Made by a program: the position numbers and the translations under genes
Shown here: in pieces, positions 12,635 through 23,495 of the stretch
How the letters are laid out: every line of letters begins with the position of its first letter
Position numbering within the stretch: position 1 is the first letter of the stretch
The notes under the pieces: generated by a model
Database searches by the model: none
What the model was told of the DNA's origin: nothing
The model's input: only the letters and a program-made list of their open reading frames with translations
Assembly (NCBI RefSeq): GCF_000143415.4
Contig: NW_003314284.1
Coordinates: 434,001 to 498,000 of the forward strand
Source of the DNA: Selaginella moellendorffii
Lineage: Eukaryota > Plantae > Lycopodiophyta
Length of the DNA: 64,000 bases
Reading direction: 5' to 3'

Positions 12635-14149
12635 CTACTTGCGAGTCTTTGCCCTCTTTAGTCCCGCGTTACTGAATGGTGACACGCTCCCACTCATGTG
12701 TGAAGGGCTCTCCTCCCTCAAGGTGCCATTGAGGAGGGCGAGTTCACGCAACTGCGCCTTCTTCACGAGGTCAACGGTTTCATCCTGTAAGGAAACATGT
12801 AAGAAAGAGTATGAACAGTAGCAAACAGAGGAAAGTCCTACCACTGGTCTCAAGAGATCCTCCAATATCTCTTTGGCCTTGGTCAGGTAGAAGTCTATCA
12901 CATTTGCAGGCAATTCGGCCTCCACGAGCAAGTGAAGAGGCTCGTTGAGATGCTCGTAGCCTTGCTTGTCACGCATCTTTTCCTCCTGCGTTGCAAAAGG
13001 TTGCTCAGCACGGGCCCCTGACGGAGGAAAACTTCTCTCACTCACCTTCGCAACGTCTTTGATCGAGCCCCGCCCCCGTATGTACACACGACATCGCGTC
13101 ATCGACTCCACGCGCTTCAAAGAGTTGCCTCGGGGCCCCAGAATCCGACCAACAAAGTTAAACTGGAAGAAAAAGCAAAGAGGTCGTCATCCAGAAAAGC
13201 TTCCGACCGAGCTTACGTTTGGATACTTGTCCACTGGAACTTCAATCCGGATGGTCTTCTTCAAGGTCGGTCCAGCGGACGATTCAGGACTCCCATGCCA
13301 CACACTCGAAGAAGACGGCGTTTGGACGAATCCCAGCCTCTGGAGATCCGAACACATGATCATGAGAAAGCCTCCGAGTTTGCACGTACTTACGTCCGAC
13401 CATCCGCCACCGTTGGACATTGACGACAGAGGGCTCCCTCGATCCAATTCCTGCTCGATCTGAGGCCATCTCCTAGCGAATTCCGTGATCCGCAGTATCT
13501 CTGCGTTAAAAAAAAAGACAAAGAGCCACCCAAGACTTTTAGTTTATAAAGCTCGCGAAGTCAAATACTATCCATGCACACTTAGCTATAGCTTGCAAGC
13601 TCATCGCCCGCTAATTAACCTTGCATTGCGAAAAGGAAGAAAGAAGAAAAAGAAATGTCCAGGAAGGAAGGAAAAAAACAAAACCATCCATCTGTGTGCC
13701 TCACGAGCTCTCAGATCTAAATCTCGAAGAAAATCTGAGCCAAAGATCACTTACCCTCGTTGAGAAGCCGGCTGCAAATCGGAAGAACTTGCGAGAAAGG
13801 TCCCAGCTTACGCTGCTCCTCGAGAAGCTCCGCGAAGTACCTATAAAAACACGCTATAAGAATGAGCCTTTGCTAAAATCACCCAACCAAGAACACGAAG
13901 AACAAAAGAAAACATCCAAAATCCACACTCCCGACCACACGAATCCCATCCAAATCCAAGGAAATCCCACACGAGTCGAAGTACCTACTTCTCGTGCTCC
14001 GACACTGGCGACTGCGAGCTGGAAGGGCGGTCGCGGAGAGATCCGCCCACGCCGCCTCCTCGATGCGGCGACGAGCTCGCGGCGGCGGCGGCGGCGGCGG
14101 CGATTGCCGATGGCGAGAACTGCATGTAGTGTCCAGACATGGCGTCCAT
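12635..14149 (-). CDS. STAR/Quaking-type KH-domain RNA-binding protein (SPIN1-like)
   Basis: [14 protein letters not shown].., [104 protein letters not shown]. Confidence 0.92.
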
Positions 14150-15431
14150 CTTGGAATCCGGCGCTGGCGATGGAGGAAGAGAAATCTGGGGAAGAAATGA
14201 GGAGAATCGAGGCGATGGAGGAGGAAGAATGGGAGGAGAGGAGAGAAAAAACTAGCAAAAGGGGGGGGATTGATTGATTGGAGGGGGATTGATTGAAAGC
14301 GCTGCTCCTCCAAAGAGGAGGCAGGCTCCGAAAGAAGGGAATTGTGGAGCGCCCTATGCCCGCATTTTATACTCTGAGCCTTTTTTTTTTTTCTTATATT
14401 GTATATTTTTTTTCCTTTCCTCTTTTTCTCCTTTAGGTGGTAGTAGCCATGGTTTTGTGTGCGTGATTTTTGTTACTATATAGTTGTTATGGTTTGATCT
14501 CACTTTGATTCGTCTTTTCTTTGTGAGTGGTTCCATGGTCTTGTCTCGTATGTGCTGGCCGAGAAAATTCTCCTTGCCTCACAAAACTCCATAGAAATCG
14601 TTTGGTTCCATAGCTTTGGATCAATGCTTTCTTGCTCGTCCCCTTCTCAAGATCGATCGATCGATCCTCCAATTTACTTAGTCTAAATTCCACACAACCA
14701 GCGTGTTATTCAATCGATTGATGATGATGCCGCACAACTGGACATGCTTGTTTCCACCACCACCACACAAAAAAAAAGGAGCATTTAATCAATACAACGA
14801 AGAGAAGAAACGATTTTCCCCCACCTCAAAGTTGACAACGAACGAAATTCTCTCCCCCCACGTCTACCGGTACTCTCGCTCGACCGCCATAGCCACGAAG
14901 AACACTAGCTTCGTCCAGTCAATAGTGGCTACCTATAAGATAGCCGACCTTTGCACTACTCCAGCAACATCGAGGTGGTTTGTGCACGGATTTCCACCCT
15001 TCCAGCCTCAATCAATAATGCCTGCCTGCGCGATGAAAAGGAGTGTTTCCAGCCGAGAAAAGTTAAAACGACGTACACACCTCTTTCCAAAATCTCCATA
15101 GTTATGAACCGCGGCATCTGGAACAGAGTTTCCATGTAGATAAAATGAAAGGCAAGGCAATTGCTTACCTCGGTTCTTGCCGCTTGTTCCAGATCGATCT
15201 TTCGTTGCCACAAACAGTCGAACTTCAAACGTTCCTAGAAGTTGTGCACACTTGCGGCTAGTCTTCGTATAGTACCTTACGGATCTTGTCACTCGCCACG
15301 AAACGACACGGCACGATTTCCATCCAGCCTAGTTGCTTGCTTTTCCTCCTGGACTCTTCGAGCTCTGGAGTGTTATTTTTTTCCGCCCAGGAATCTGTCC
15401 TCCAGTTCACGCTATAAGACGTGGACTTTAG

Positions 15432-16847
15432 CTAACCTTCCTCCCGGTCAACTTCATATAGCGATTTCAAAGCCGCTCCAGCTCGCAGCTTCTCTAGAAA
15501 ACCGCAAAGAACTGTTTTCCCAGCTGTGAGCGCTTTCTTCTCGCAGACGATGGCGCGCAGCGCAGCCTGTTTCCTGGCCCATGTTGTCGTCCGCATGTCG
15601 CTTTCACCACCAGTTAACTCGTCCAAGTCGTGCTCGAGACTGGTGGGATACTTGCTCCACAGATTTTCGCACGCCGCTATCAATCGCCTCAGCACCTCGC
15701 ACTCGTTGTCCCGGTTGATCGGCTCCGAGAAGTACATAATCGCCTTTTGATACTTCCCATCGGACTTCCACCCGGCAGCGGAGAGCTCCCGGGGGCTCGC
15801 AATGGCCGCCCTCGTCCACGCGAGAACACTCTCGTCGACCCCTTCCGGAACGATGGAAACAAGCGTGCCTCCGGCGGGAAGTCCCAGCGCCTCGAGCAGA
15901 GCCGCGTTGACGCTGCTCCTCACAGGGCCCAGGACTTGCGCCGGCAGATCCACCGCATAGTTCTCATTCTCGTCGTCTACGAAGCCATAGTCGAGGAAGA
16001 GCTGCGAGCCGGTGAGTGCGGGTCCATAGGAATCAAACACCTCGTCACCTTTCGAGTAGGACTTGTGAGCTTCCAGGCTCGCCGTCTTGGTGTCCTGGTC
16101 GAAGATGAGGCACGACTCCTCTCCGGCGGAGCTGCAATGGTTGAGCATGTCGGCCCAGGGGACGAGGCACAGCGTGTCGAAATCGTCGTCCACGTCGAGC
16201 TCCAGCGAGAAGGCGCGGCTGAGAAGAACAGCCGAGGCCCATCTCACGTCACCTTCGCTGAGAGTTTCACCACCCGGGAGGAACTTCTCGATCCCGGCCG
16301 TGAGCAGCGCTTCGTGATCTTCCTGGCAAAGCTTTAGACGGGTGGCGATCGTATCGAGCATCGGAGATCCCTGGAGCAGCTCCTGGATCGTCTCGGCGGG
16401 CCACAGCAGCGGGTGGCTGATCGAGAGCTCCTCCACGGACGGGAGCGCGGAGATGTATGGATGCCAGAAGCTCTCCTTGCCGCGGGATCTCTCCACGAGC
16501 AAATGCGCGCACATTGTCAGCCATGGCCGGAAGTCATTCTTGCGCAGCATCGGTCCGACGAGGAGGCATCGCTCGGCCGTCTTCTCCGAGAGGAATGCTT
16601 GCAGCGGGACCTCGGCAAGAACACTGCCCTTGTCGATCGCGCCCGACGCGATCATCCCAAATCCATTCCTTCCACGGCCGAATCCCATGGTGTCGAAATC
16701 CAGCTGCCGGTGCTTCGTCATACCTCGCAGCCATTGCTTGAGGCGCTCCTCGCGCGCCGCGGCGCCGCGCTCCACCACGCCCGGAGCGTGACCTAGCAAT
16801 GCCGCGCTGGGAACCCTAACGCTGGATCCCACAAGCACCGCCGCCAT
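15432..16847 (-). CDS. SET-domain lysine methyltransferase of the Rubisco-LSMT/SETD3 type, apparently intronless
   Basis: GFGMIAS, WASAVLLSRAF, LVPWADMLNH, EVFDSYG, LFLDYGFV; Ala/Ser/Arg-rich transit-peptide-like N-terminus. Confidence 0.88.
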   Translation of the reverse strand: MAAVLVGSSVRVPSAALLGHAPGVVERGAAAREERLKQWLRGMTKHRQLDFDTMGFGRGRNGFGMIASGAIDKGSVLAEVPLQAFLSEKTAERCLLVGPMLRKNDFRPWLTMCAHLLVERSRGKESFWHPYISALPSVEELSISHPLLWPAETIQELLQGSPMLDTIATRLKLCQEDHEALLTAGIEKFLPGGETLSEGDVRWASAVLLSRAFSLELDVDDDFDTLCLVPWADMLNHCSSAGEESCLIFDQDTKTASLEAHKSYSKGDEVFDSYGPALTGSQLFLDYGFVDDENENYAVDLPAQVLGPVRSSVNAALLEALGLPAGGTLVSIVPEGVDESVLAWTRAAIASPRELSAAGWKSDGKYQKAIMYFSEPINRDNECEVLRRLIAACENLWSKYPTSLEHDLDELTGGESDMRTTTWARKQAALRAIVCEKKALTAGKTVLCGFLEKLRAGAALKSLYEVDREEG

Positions 16848-17159
16848 CGCCAGGCAAAGGGAATGAAACAATGTGGCTGGTAAAGTTAAAATTTCTCTTT
16901 TACCAAGAGAATGTTCTCTCTCCTCGAAGATCTGCCACCAAAAGACAGACGTTCACGTAGAAAGCAAAGACAGGAATGAAATCTTAGCCTGTGGGCATGG
17001 CAGCGCGACAATGCGGCTTATGCGCCGGTACAAGAATCGAATTTTCGGGCGTGGATCTATATGGAATCCACCATAGCAGCGAAGTTAAACTGCTAGAGAG
17101 GTTTTGCTTGAGAATGGAACCGCGCACAAGAAGTTGATATAATCACCCTAGCCTGTGCA

Positions 17160-17560
17160 GGATGGAATGGATGGTCGATCGATCTGGAGGCAAGAACACA
17201 AAAGTCTTATCTCGGATCCAGCGCGGCCTTTGGATTGATGGCTGGAACGACGAAGAACTCGAACGCTTGCTCGCGTTTCTTGCTCGTGCTAGAGGCCTTA
17301 AGGACAGGGCGACGGTGGAAATGCTCGGAAGATCGCCAAAATGGACATCACGATGGCGCACAGCAGCTGCGCGTAATGGACACGGGACCGCGGTTGTAGG
17401 CAGTAGTCAGGGGCTCCAGCCGGATTACTCCTTCTTGAGCAGCGCCGCGATGCCGGCTCGCCATGCTCGTCCCGGGAACAAGAGACGTTCTTCCCTAGCA
17501 TGTCAAGCTCCAACTGGATTCGTATATAGAGTTAGAAGTTCAGCAGGAACACTCTTAACA
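17160..17560 (+). pseudogene. Possible decayed PPR fragment
   Basis: Fragments such as TAAARNGHG, QGLQPDYSFLS, MPARHA and SLAC resemble collapsed PPR motifs; no intact repeats. Confidence 0.35.
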
Positions 17561-18288
17561 AAATTTTGAACATGAGAAGGGAAGAGGCATTCTTTCAGAT
17601 TGCATTGTATGTTTCTAGATTTCAATGGAAAAAAAACATCCGATTAATCTCCTTAGAAGCACGTAGCCCACTTGATCGAACTCTACCAATGCACTTACAT
17701 CTCGATTAGATAGCCTTGCGGCAGCATTTGGAAAGCTCCTTTCGAGTTCTTTCTCGTCCTGGTTTTTGGAACGCTAGGAAGAGCAGCGGGTCACTATGCC
17801 CGGGATCCTTTTGAGTTCTATCTCGTTCAATATAAACCTGTCATCGCTCTCGTGTTCTTCCTCTTCCCTCGCTCTCAATTTACTCGAGATACGTGTTAGT
17901 TTCATCAAGTTTGTCAATTCATCCAGAAAGAATTCATAGCCTCTCGGCAAGAATGCATTCACGCTGAGAACCAATAAACATTTGGTTTTGCGTAACTAGT
18001 CGTGAAGAAATTTTGCATGGCAGGAGCTGCGGGTGAGAAGTTATTGGGCTTTTTTGAAAGAAGTGGAACTAAAAGCTTACTGCATTGTTATTGCGAGGAC
18101 GCACCAGTCTACGTAGTGGTTTTCTGGCATGGTCCATCCATCACCAAAATTTACCAGTCTTTTTGAGTTTCTCGATTCTCGTATTTCTTTCTTTCTAGCA
18201 CTGATATTTCAAGCTTTTAAAAATGATGTTTCAAATTATTGGCGCGGTTTTGCGCATAAACCTAAAACAGAGCTCCATGGGGTTCGGA

Positions 18289-18786
18289 TCAGAAGGGGCG
18301 CTGGCCGATGTAATTCCCGGGCGGGTCGTAATTGCAGGAGATGAGAGTGTCACCGTTGGGGCAAGTCGCGGTGGCACATCCCAATTTCGTCGAGTCCCTC
18401 CAGACAAGCTGCGTGTAGTGACCACACATCTGGGCGCAGCTGTTTCCCTCGTAATTGAAGTGCTGCTTCTCATCAACCCAAGATTTGACAGCATCATGCG
18501 GCGACCATTCCTTTCCCGGGCTGCCCCAGAAGAGATTCTCGCCGTAGGGACCGTCCGAGTGCCTCATCGCGCAGCTCTCGTAATCCTTCTGGTGGTTCGT
18601 CCACCACAGCGAGTAAGCCGCCACTTCGTCGTCCCAGTGGAGCGCCGGCACGCCCATTTGCATCCGCTCCTGGTTGTGGGCCTCCAAAAAGGCCTGGATG
18701 TGCTGCGCAGTCGCACAATTCGTGCCCGCTGCGAGCACTGCGAGCGCCATTGCAATCGCTAACGATGGGCAGCGAGAAAATCCCAT
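18289..18786 (-). CDS. PR1: Pathogenesis-related protein 1 (CAP/SCP domain), secreted
   Basis: Signal peptide, FLEAHNQER, GENLFWG, GHYTQLVWRDS, CNYDPPGNYIGQRPF (CAPE-peptide-type C-terminus). Confidence 0.96.
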   Translation of the reverse strand: MGFSRCPSLAIAMALAVLAAGTNCATAQHIQAFLEAHNQERMQMGVPALHWDDEVAAYSLWWTNHQKDYESCAMRHSDGPYGENLFWGSPGKEWSPHDAVKSWVDEKQHFNYEGNSCAQMCGHYTQLVWRDSTKLGCATATCPNGDTLISCNYDPPGNYIGQRPF

Positions 18787-19386
18787 GGCTCCCCGATCAG
18801 CGATCGATCAGATGATCGATCGAGAGAGAACTTTCCAATGGGATGGATCAGATCACACGAGGATGGAAGGAAGAACAAATGCCGGGGCTTTTAACCGCGA
18901 AGAGGTGTGTGGGCGATTCCCATTCCCTTTTTGTGAGGCACTTCAGCTAGACATTCCTACGGGCATCGTCGCATCTCGGCCGCCCATCGCCTGGTCATTC
19001 TGGAATTGGCAGTTAAAACTTTGTACGTTTCAATATTTCTCTTGCAAAATTTTCAAAACCAAGGTAACGATATTAGGTCAAACTTTCCCTCCCTGGTTTG
19101 GAAAAAAAATACTTGCATTTGAAAGGGGGACAAGGACAGTAATGCGGTAGGGAATCAGCAGCCAGGATTCCCCATCCATCGTTTTTGTATTTTCCCTCTC
19201 TTCCGCAAATCCGCTTGAAACTGAAAATCCCTCGCAAAGAATGAGCGCTTCCCTCCCCCGCGGCTCGCCGCGTTTAAATCGCCCTCCAAAATCTCTTAGG
19301 GTCTCTAGATCCCATCGCGCTCGCTCGCTCCGCTGCTCTTGGCGTGCCCGCATTGTCCATCGCGATCCCAGCTCGGGGTGCGAGCA

Positions 19387-19865
19387 ATGGCCAGCAGCAG
19401 CATCGATCCAGCGAGCAGCGCAATCGATCTCGCGAGCACCGCACAGATCCTGGAGAACGAGGATCCGGAGCCCAGATTAGGGATGGAGGCAGAGGAGGTG
19501 TTCTTGAGCAGGAAAAGGAGAAGCCCATTGCCGGATTGGTACTTCCCCAGGAGGCCGCTGCAAGACATCACCGCCATGGTGATCAATGCGCGGGAGGGCG
19601 GCGAGTCCCAGGCTCTGGTGAGTGACCCCATTTGGGTTCTCGCGATGTTTCGTGCTGATATTCTTCCATTTTCCAGGGCACAAAGTTTCTACCGGAGATC
19701 ACGCAAGAAGCCAAGAAAGGGGATCTCATCACAGTCAAGAGAAGGATGCCCGGTAGCCAGAGCCAGTCCAAGAGACCAAGGCAAAGCATCAGTACCGTGA
19801 GTAGAGTCCCCAAAACTCCATCGATCACCCCTCCATCGCTCAGAGTGCTCAAAAGCTTTAGATAA
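19387..19865 (+). CDS. UVI4/POLYCHOME/OSD1(GIG1)-like APC/C inhibitor, 139 aa, 2 exons (intron 19618-19676)
   Basis: SPLPDWYFPRRPLQDIT matches the family LPSWYPRTPLRDIT D-box region. The spliced C-terminus LRVLKSFR* resembles the MR tail. Confidence 0.8.
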
Positions 19866-19899
19866 CAAAATAGGCATTAGTGCTAATCAAAACTGACAA

Positions 19900-19904
19900 G
19901 CGGG

Positions 19905-19947
<43 letters not shown>

Positions 19948-19972
19948 GCGTGTTCGATCCACGCTCACCGCA
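19900..19972 (+). tRNA. tRNA-Phe(GAA)
   Basis: GCGGGGATAGCTCAGTTGGGAGAGCGTCAGACTGAAGATCTGAAGGTCGCGTGTTCGATCCACGCTCACCGCA, canonical plant cytosolic tRNA-Phe. Confidence 0.98.
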
Positions 19973-21898
19973 ACCATGTTATCCTGGGTCGGTGCCTAAT
20001 TATTCTTCGGACATCACCCTGATATTCTAATTTTTGGTCCACAAATGCCGTACGAGGTAGCCCCTGCAAAAGAGAGATCTTGCCAATGCAGTGCACTGTC
20101 CTCTCAAATCCGCCCCTCTTCGTGTACATACGAACCTGGAGAGGGGCGCCCGTCATATACGTCAGGCCCCACCCCTGCATTTATGACTTACCAGGGCGGA
20201 TGAGACGGGCAGCCGTCAGCGTCCGTCCCCAGCCCTAATTCCGTTCGCAAGGGAATGTTCACAACGCGCATATTCGGGCCCATATTGTGGTGATCGAATG
20301 CCAAAGCTGGGAATTCACAGCATTGAATCTGTTTTTCGGATGATTGGTGCCCGCCACCAACAACATTGCACTAAAAATATGGGAGCTATTTGGGATTGGG
20401 CATGTAGCGAGCATAGGAAAAGGATGGAGGGGGCCACATTAAAAATCGCAAACAGAGATGGCCTAACATACAAACGTTGCAAAAGAAGTCCAACATGGGG
20501 CTTTGCATCACTCGATTACAAAAGATTTCTCTAAAGGTATTTGTATACAATTCTATTTATTTCTCGTTTCTTGTTTTGCATCTCTGTGGCAGACGTATGG
20601 CTACGAAAGTTGCAAGGGCGTGTGGGCATAGCTAACATGCAAGCGTTGTAGCTCAAACAAATAAAATTCCTAAGCATTAAGTATTCAAGCGCCTTGGAAT
20701 TGGTACTGCGAAGTTTTTCAAGTCAGAGATTGAGCCAAGACCCACTTTTCTGGACCTTTCTTAGGATGTCTGTTTGGCACTTCTCCATTGTGGTCTTGGA
20801 TTCAATCTTATGCTTTGTAGTTGGGCACGGAAAAATCTAAAATAACACAAAAGAACAACAAGATATGGTGAACAGCAACAACAACAACAGCAACAGGGAA
20901 TTATAATCTTTCTGTTCCTCATAATTCACTTCATTCCACGCATCATGTTTTGTTTGGTGTTGATGGAGGGTGACGTCTCAAAAATCTCCCCACATACAAA
21001 ATTTTACGTGATGGTGGCAGGCGCGAGTGCAATATACAAATGCAAAAGGGGATTCATTCATTCTTGTGGTCTTGAAATCTTAAATCTCGGCATGGCCCAG
21101 CATTTGACTATGGAAGGCTTCTTGTTTCCACTGTGGGGCTCCCAAAAACAAAACCAACGAATCTCACGAAGAGGGTTTCTTCTTTCCTTCCTTCACTTTG
21201 GTACGCAGGCAACAACAGGGGTTACGCAGTACGCATCCATACCGCATACACGGAAATGGAATATAAACCAGTACAAGTACACCGACAAATGCATCAAACC
21301 AAAATACCCGTTTTAGGGCCGGCTTTAGGACATAAGTACTGTCTTAACGAACTCCGGGTTAAAGAAGGGTGCGTGGACCATGTACGGCCGCGAGGCGGTA
21401 CTTGTGGCCACCGTGGCCCATTTCCCGCCCTTTCTCGTCTCCCCGTTTCCCTTTCTTTTTTATTCCGCTTCTTTTTGCCACTACTTCTTTGTGGCTTTCG
21501 TCTTCGTCTTCCGCTGGATTTCTTCTTGCTCGCTTCCCCAGCTCTTTGATCCGATCCATCGCGCCATGCAGATCCTCCCCGCCAGAGCAGTGCCCCCGGC
21601 GCAAGTGGTTCGTGCGAGATTTCGGTGTCAATCGCTTCGCCGGAGCTGCTGCTGCTGGGCGCGCTGCCGCTGCGACCATTGAGAGCGATCTCTGGGAGCG
21701 GCTGTGGCGATTTGTTCTTGGAGCGGCATCGGGAGATGGGAATTTGGCCTGCTCGGCTCGATCAAGCCGTCGGTGGTGACTGAGCGAGCAGCAGGCTGCC
21801 CGATTCGAGCTCCCAGGAGGATATTTCGGCCGCCGATCGCCGCATCGATCGGCCTTCTCGGCGGGGTCGGCTTCTTTCTTGGCCGGATCTTATTAGCT

Positions 21899-23495
21899 AT
21901 GGCTCGGACTGGAGGCGCGGTACGGCAGTATGTCCGGTCCAAATTGCCACGGCTGAGATGGACGCCGGATCTTCACCACAGCTTTGTGAGCGCGGTGGAG
22001 CGGCTTGGAGGGCAAGAGAGTAAGTTCCATCTCAAGAAGAGAAAACTCACGATATCACGCGGAGAAAAAAGAGATGTTCCTTAAACAAGAATTTCCTCCT
22101 GGAAACTTTCTCTTGTTTCCTTTTCGAGGATTTCCGAGAATGCTTGTTTCGGCTTGATGGCCGAGTCGCATTTCCATTGTCACGAGAGCTCCTGCAGTTT
22201 TTCAGTGTTCTAACTTCGTTTTTCTGGATCGCAGGAGCCACACCCAAGCTTGTTCTTCAGCTCATGGATGTCAAAGGCCTCACCATCGCCCATGTCAAGA
22301 GCCATCTCCAGGTTGGTCGATGGTTTTTGCGAAATCCTTGCCTATGTACTCATCGGCTGGGTGTTGCTGCAGATGTATAGAAGCATGAAAAGCGATGAGA
22401 ACTTCAATGGTATGGTTTGGATATAATCTGCAATGATATCCCAGTGTTCTATCTCGATCCATGATATAACATTATAGTCGCACGCTTCGTGCTGTGCAGT
22501 TAACACTCAAACCGATGGAGAGAGCATATCCGACTCGCAGTCTCCGCGAGCGGCAAGGTTTCCAGGCGAGTTCGTGCTCCCGGATCACGACCAAAGCGAG
22601 CGTTCATCGCTTTACAACAACAGCCATTTACATCCAGAGCCAACGGTCCAAGGTGCGCTACTCGCGACTACGAATCGATACAGCCCGAGCATAAGGTAAC
22701 TCCATCCGTCCATGGTTTTGTTCTCAAGAAGCTTCGAGAAATGATAATAAGTTTGTGTGCGACTAGCAGATGTGACACTTCGAGCGGCCCGTGCATAGCA
22801 TGGCCAGGAGATGTGAGCGATCATGGATCTGGATTGTGCTGCTTCCGGGAGTGGCAGGGACGCGAGTTCCATGTCACGGACGATGCACTCCAAGCTCCGG
22901 AGCTCGCTGACGGATTTCGGAGAAGAAAGAGAAGTTGCACGCGGGAATGTCCGAAAGACACCGTGTCGCAAGCGTCCGAGGTCAGAAACGGCGGTCATGC
23001 TGCTGCCGGGTACGAGAATTTCCACTTTTTGGACATAAACCGTAGCTCTAGCAGCAGAAGCGACGACAAGCGGGAAACTCGACAGCTGCTACTAGTGAGT
23101 GTGTTTATATCCTTTTGGCCGCTTGAGTACTGAGAATGTGTAATCTCCAGAGCGGTACACTTTCGGAGCCAACGCGAGAAATTCACGGCGCAGAGCGAAG
23201 CAATGTGCTCGACTTCCGGATCAGTCTGCCGGGGCTGCTCGAGGACGACGGCAAGCTCGTCGACAGCACGCTCTCACTCTCTCTCCCCAACAGCAGCAGC
23301 ACTGCGACCAGCAGCTTCTCTCGTCATCAGCAATTCCCAGAGAGACCGAGTCCCAGTCCGACTGCGTCGACTTGCCACTGGAACCAAGCCAGTGCACAGA
23401 GATCATCCATGGCGAAGCCTACGTTCAAGCTGGAGCACACGAGCAACAGGAGGCCTCCCAACCTCGACTTGACCATGGCAATTGGTGCCGGCTAA
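21899..23495 (+). CDS. G2-like/GARP MYB transcription factor (SHLQMYR type) with C-terminal EAR-like LDLT motif
   Basis: [64 protein letters not shown], LSLSL and NLDLTMAI near the end. Middle exons uncertain. Confidence 0.85.
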
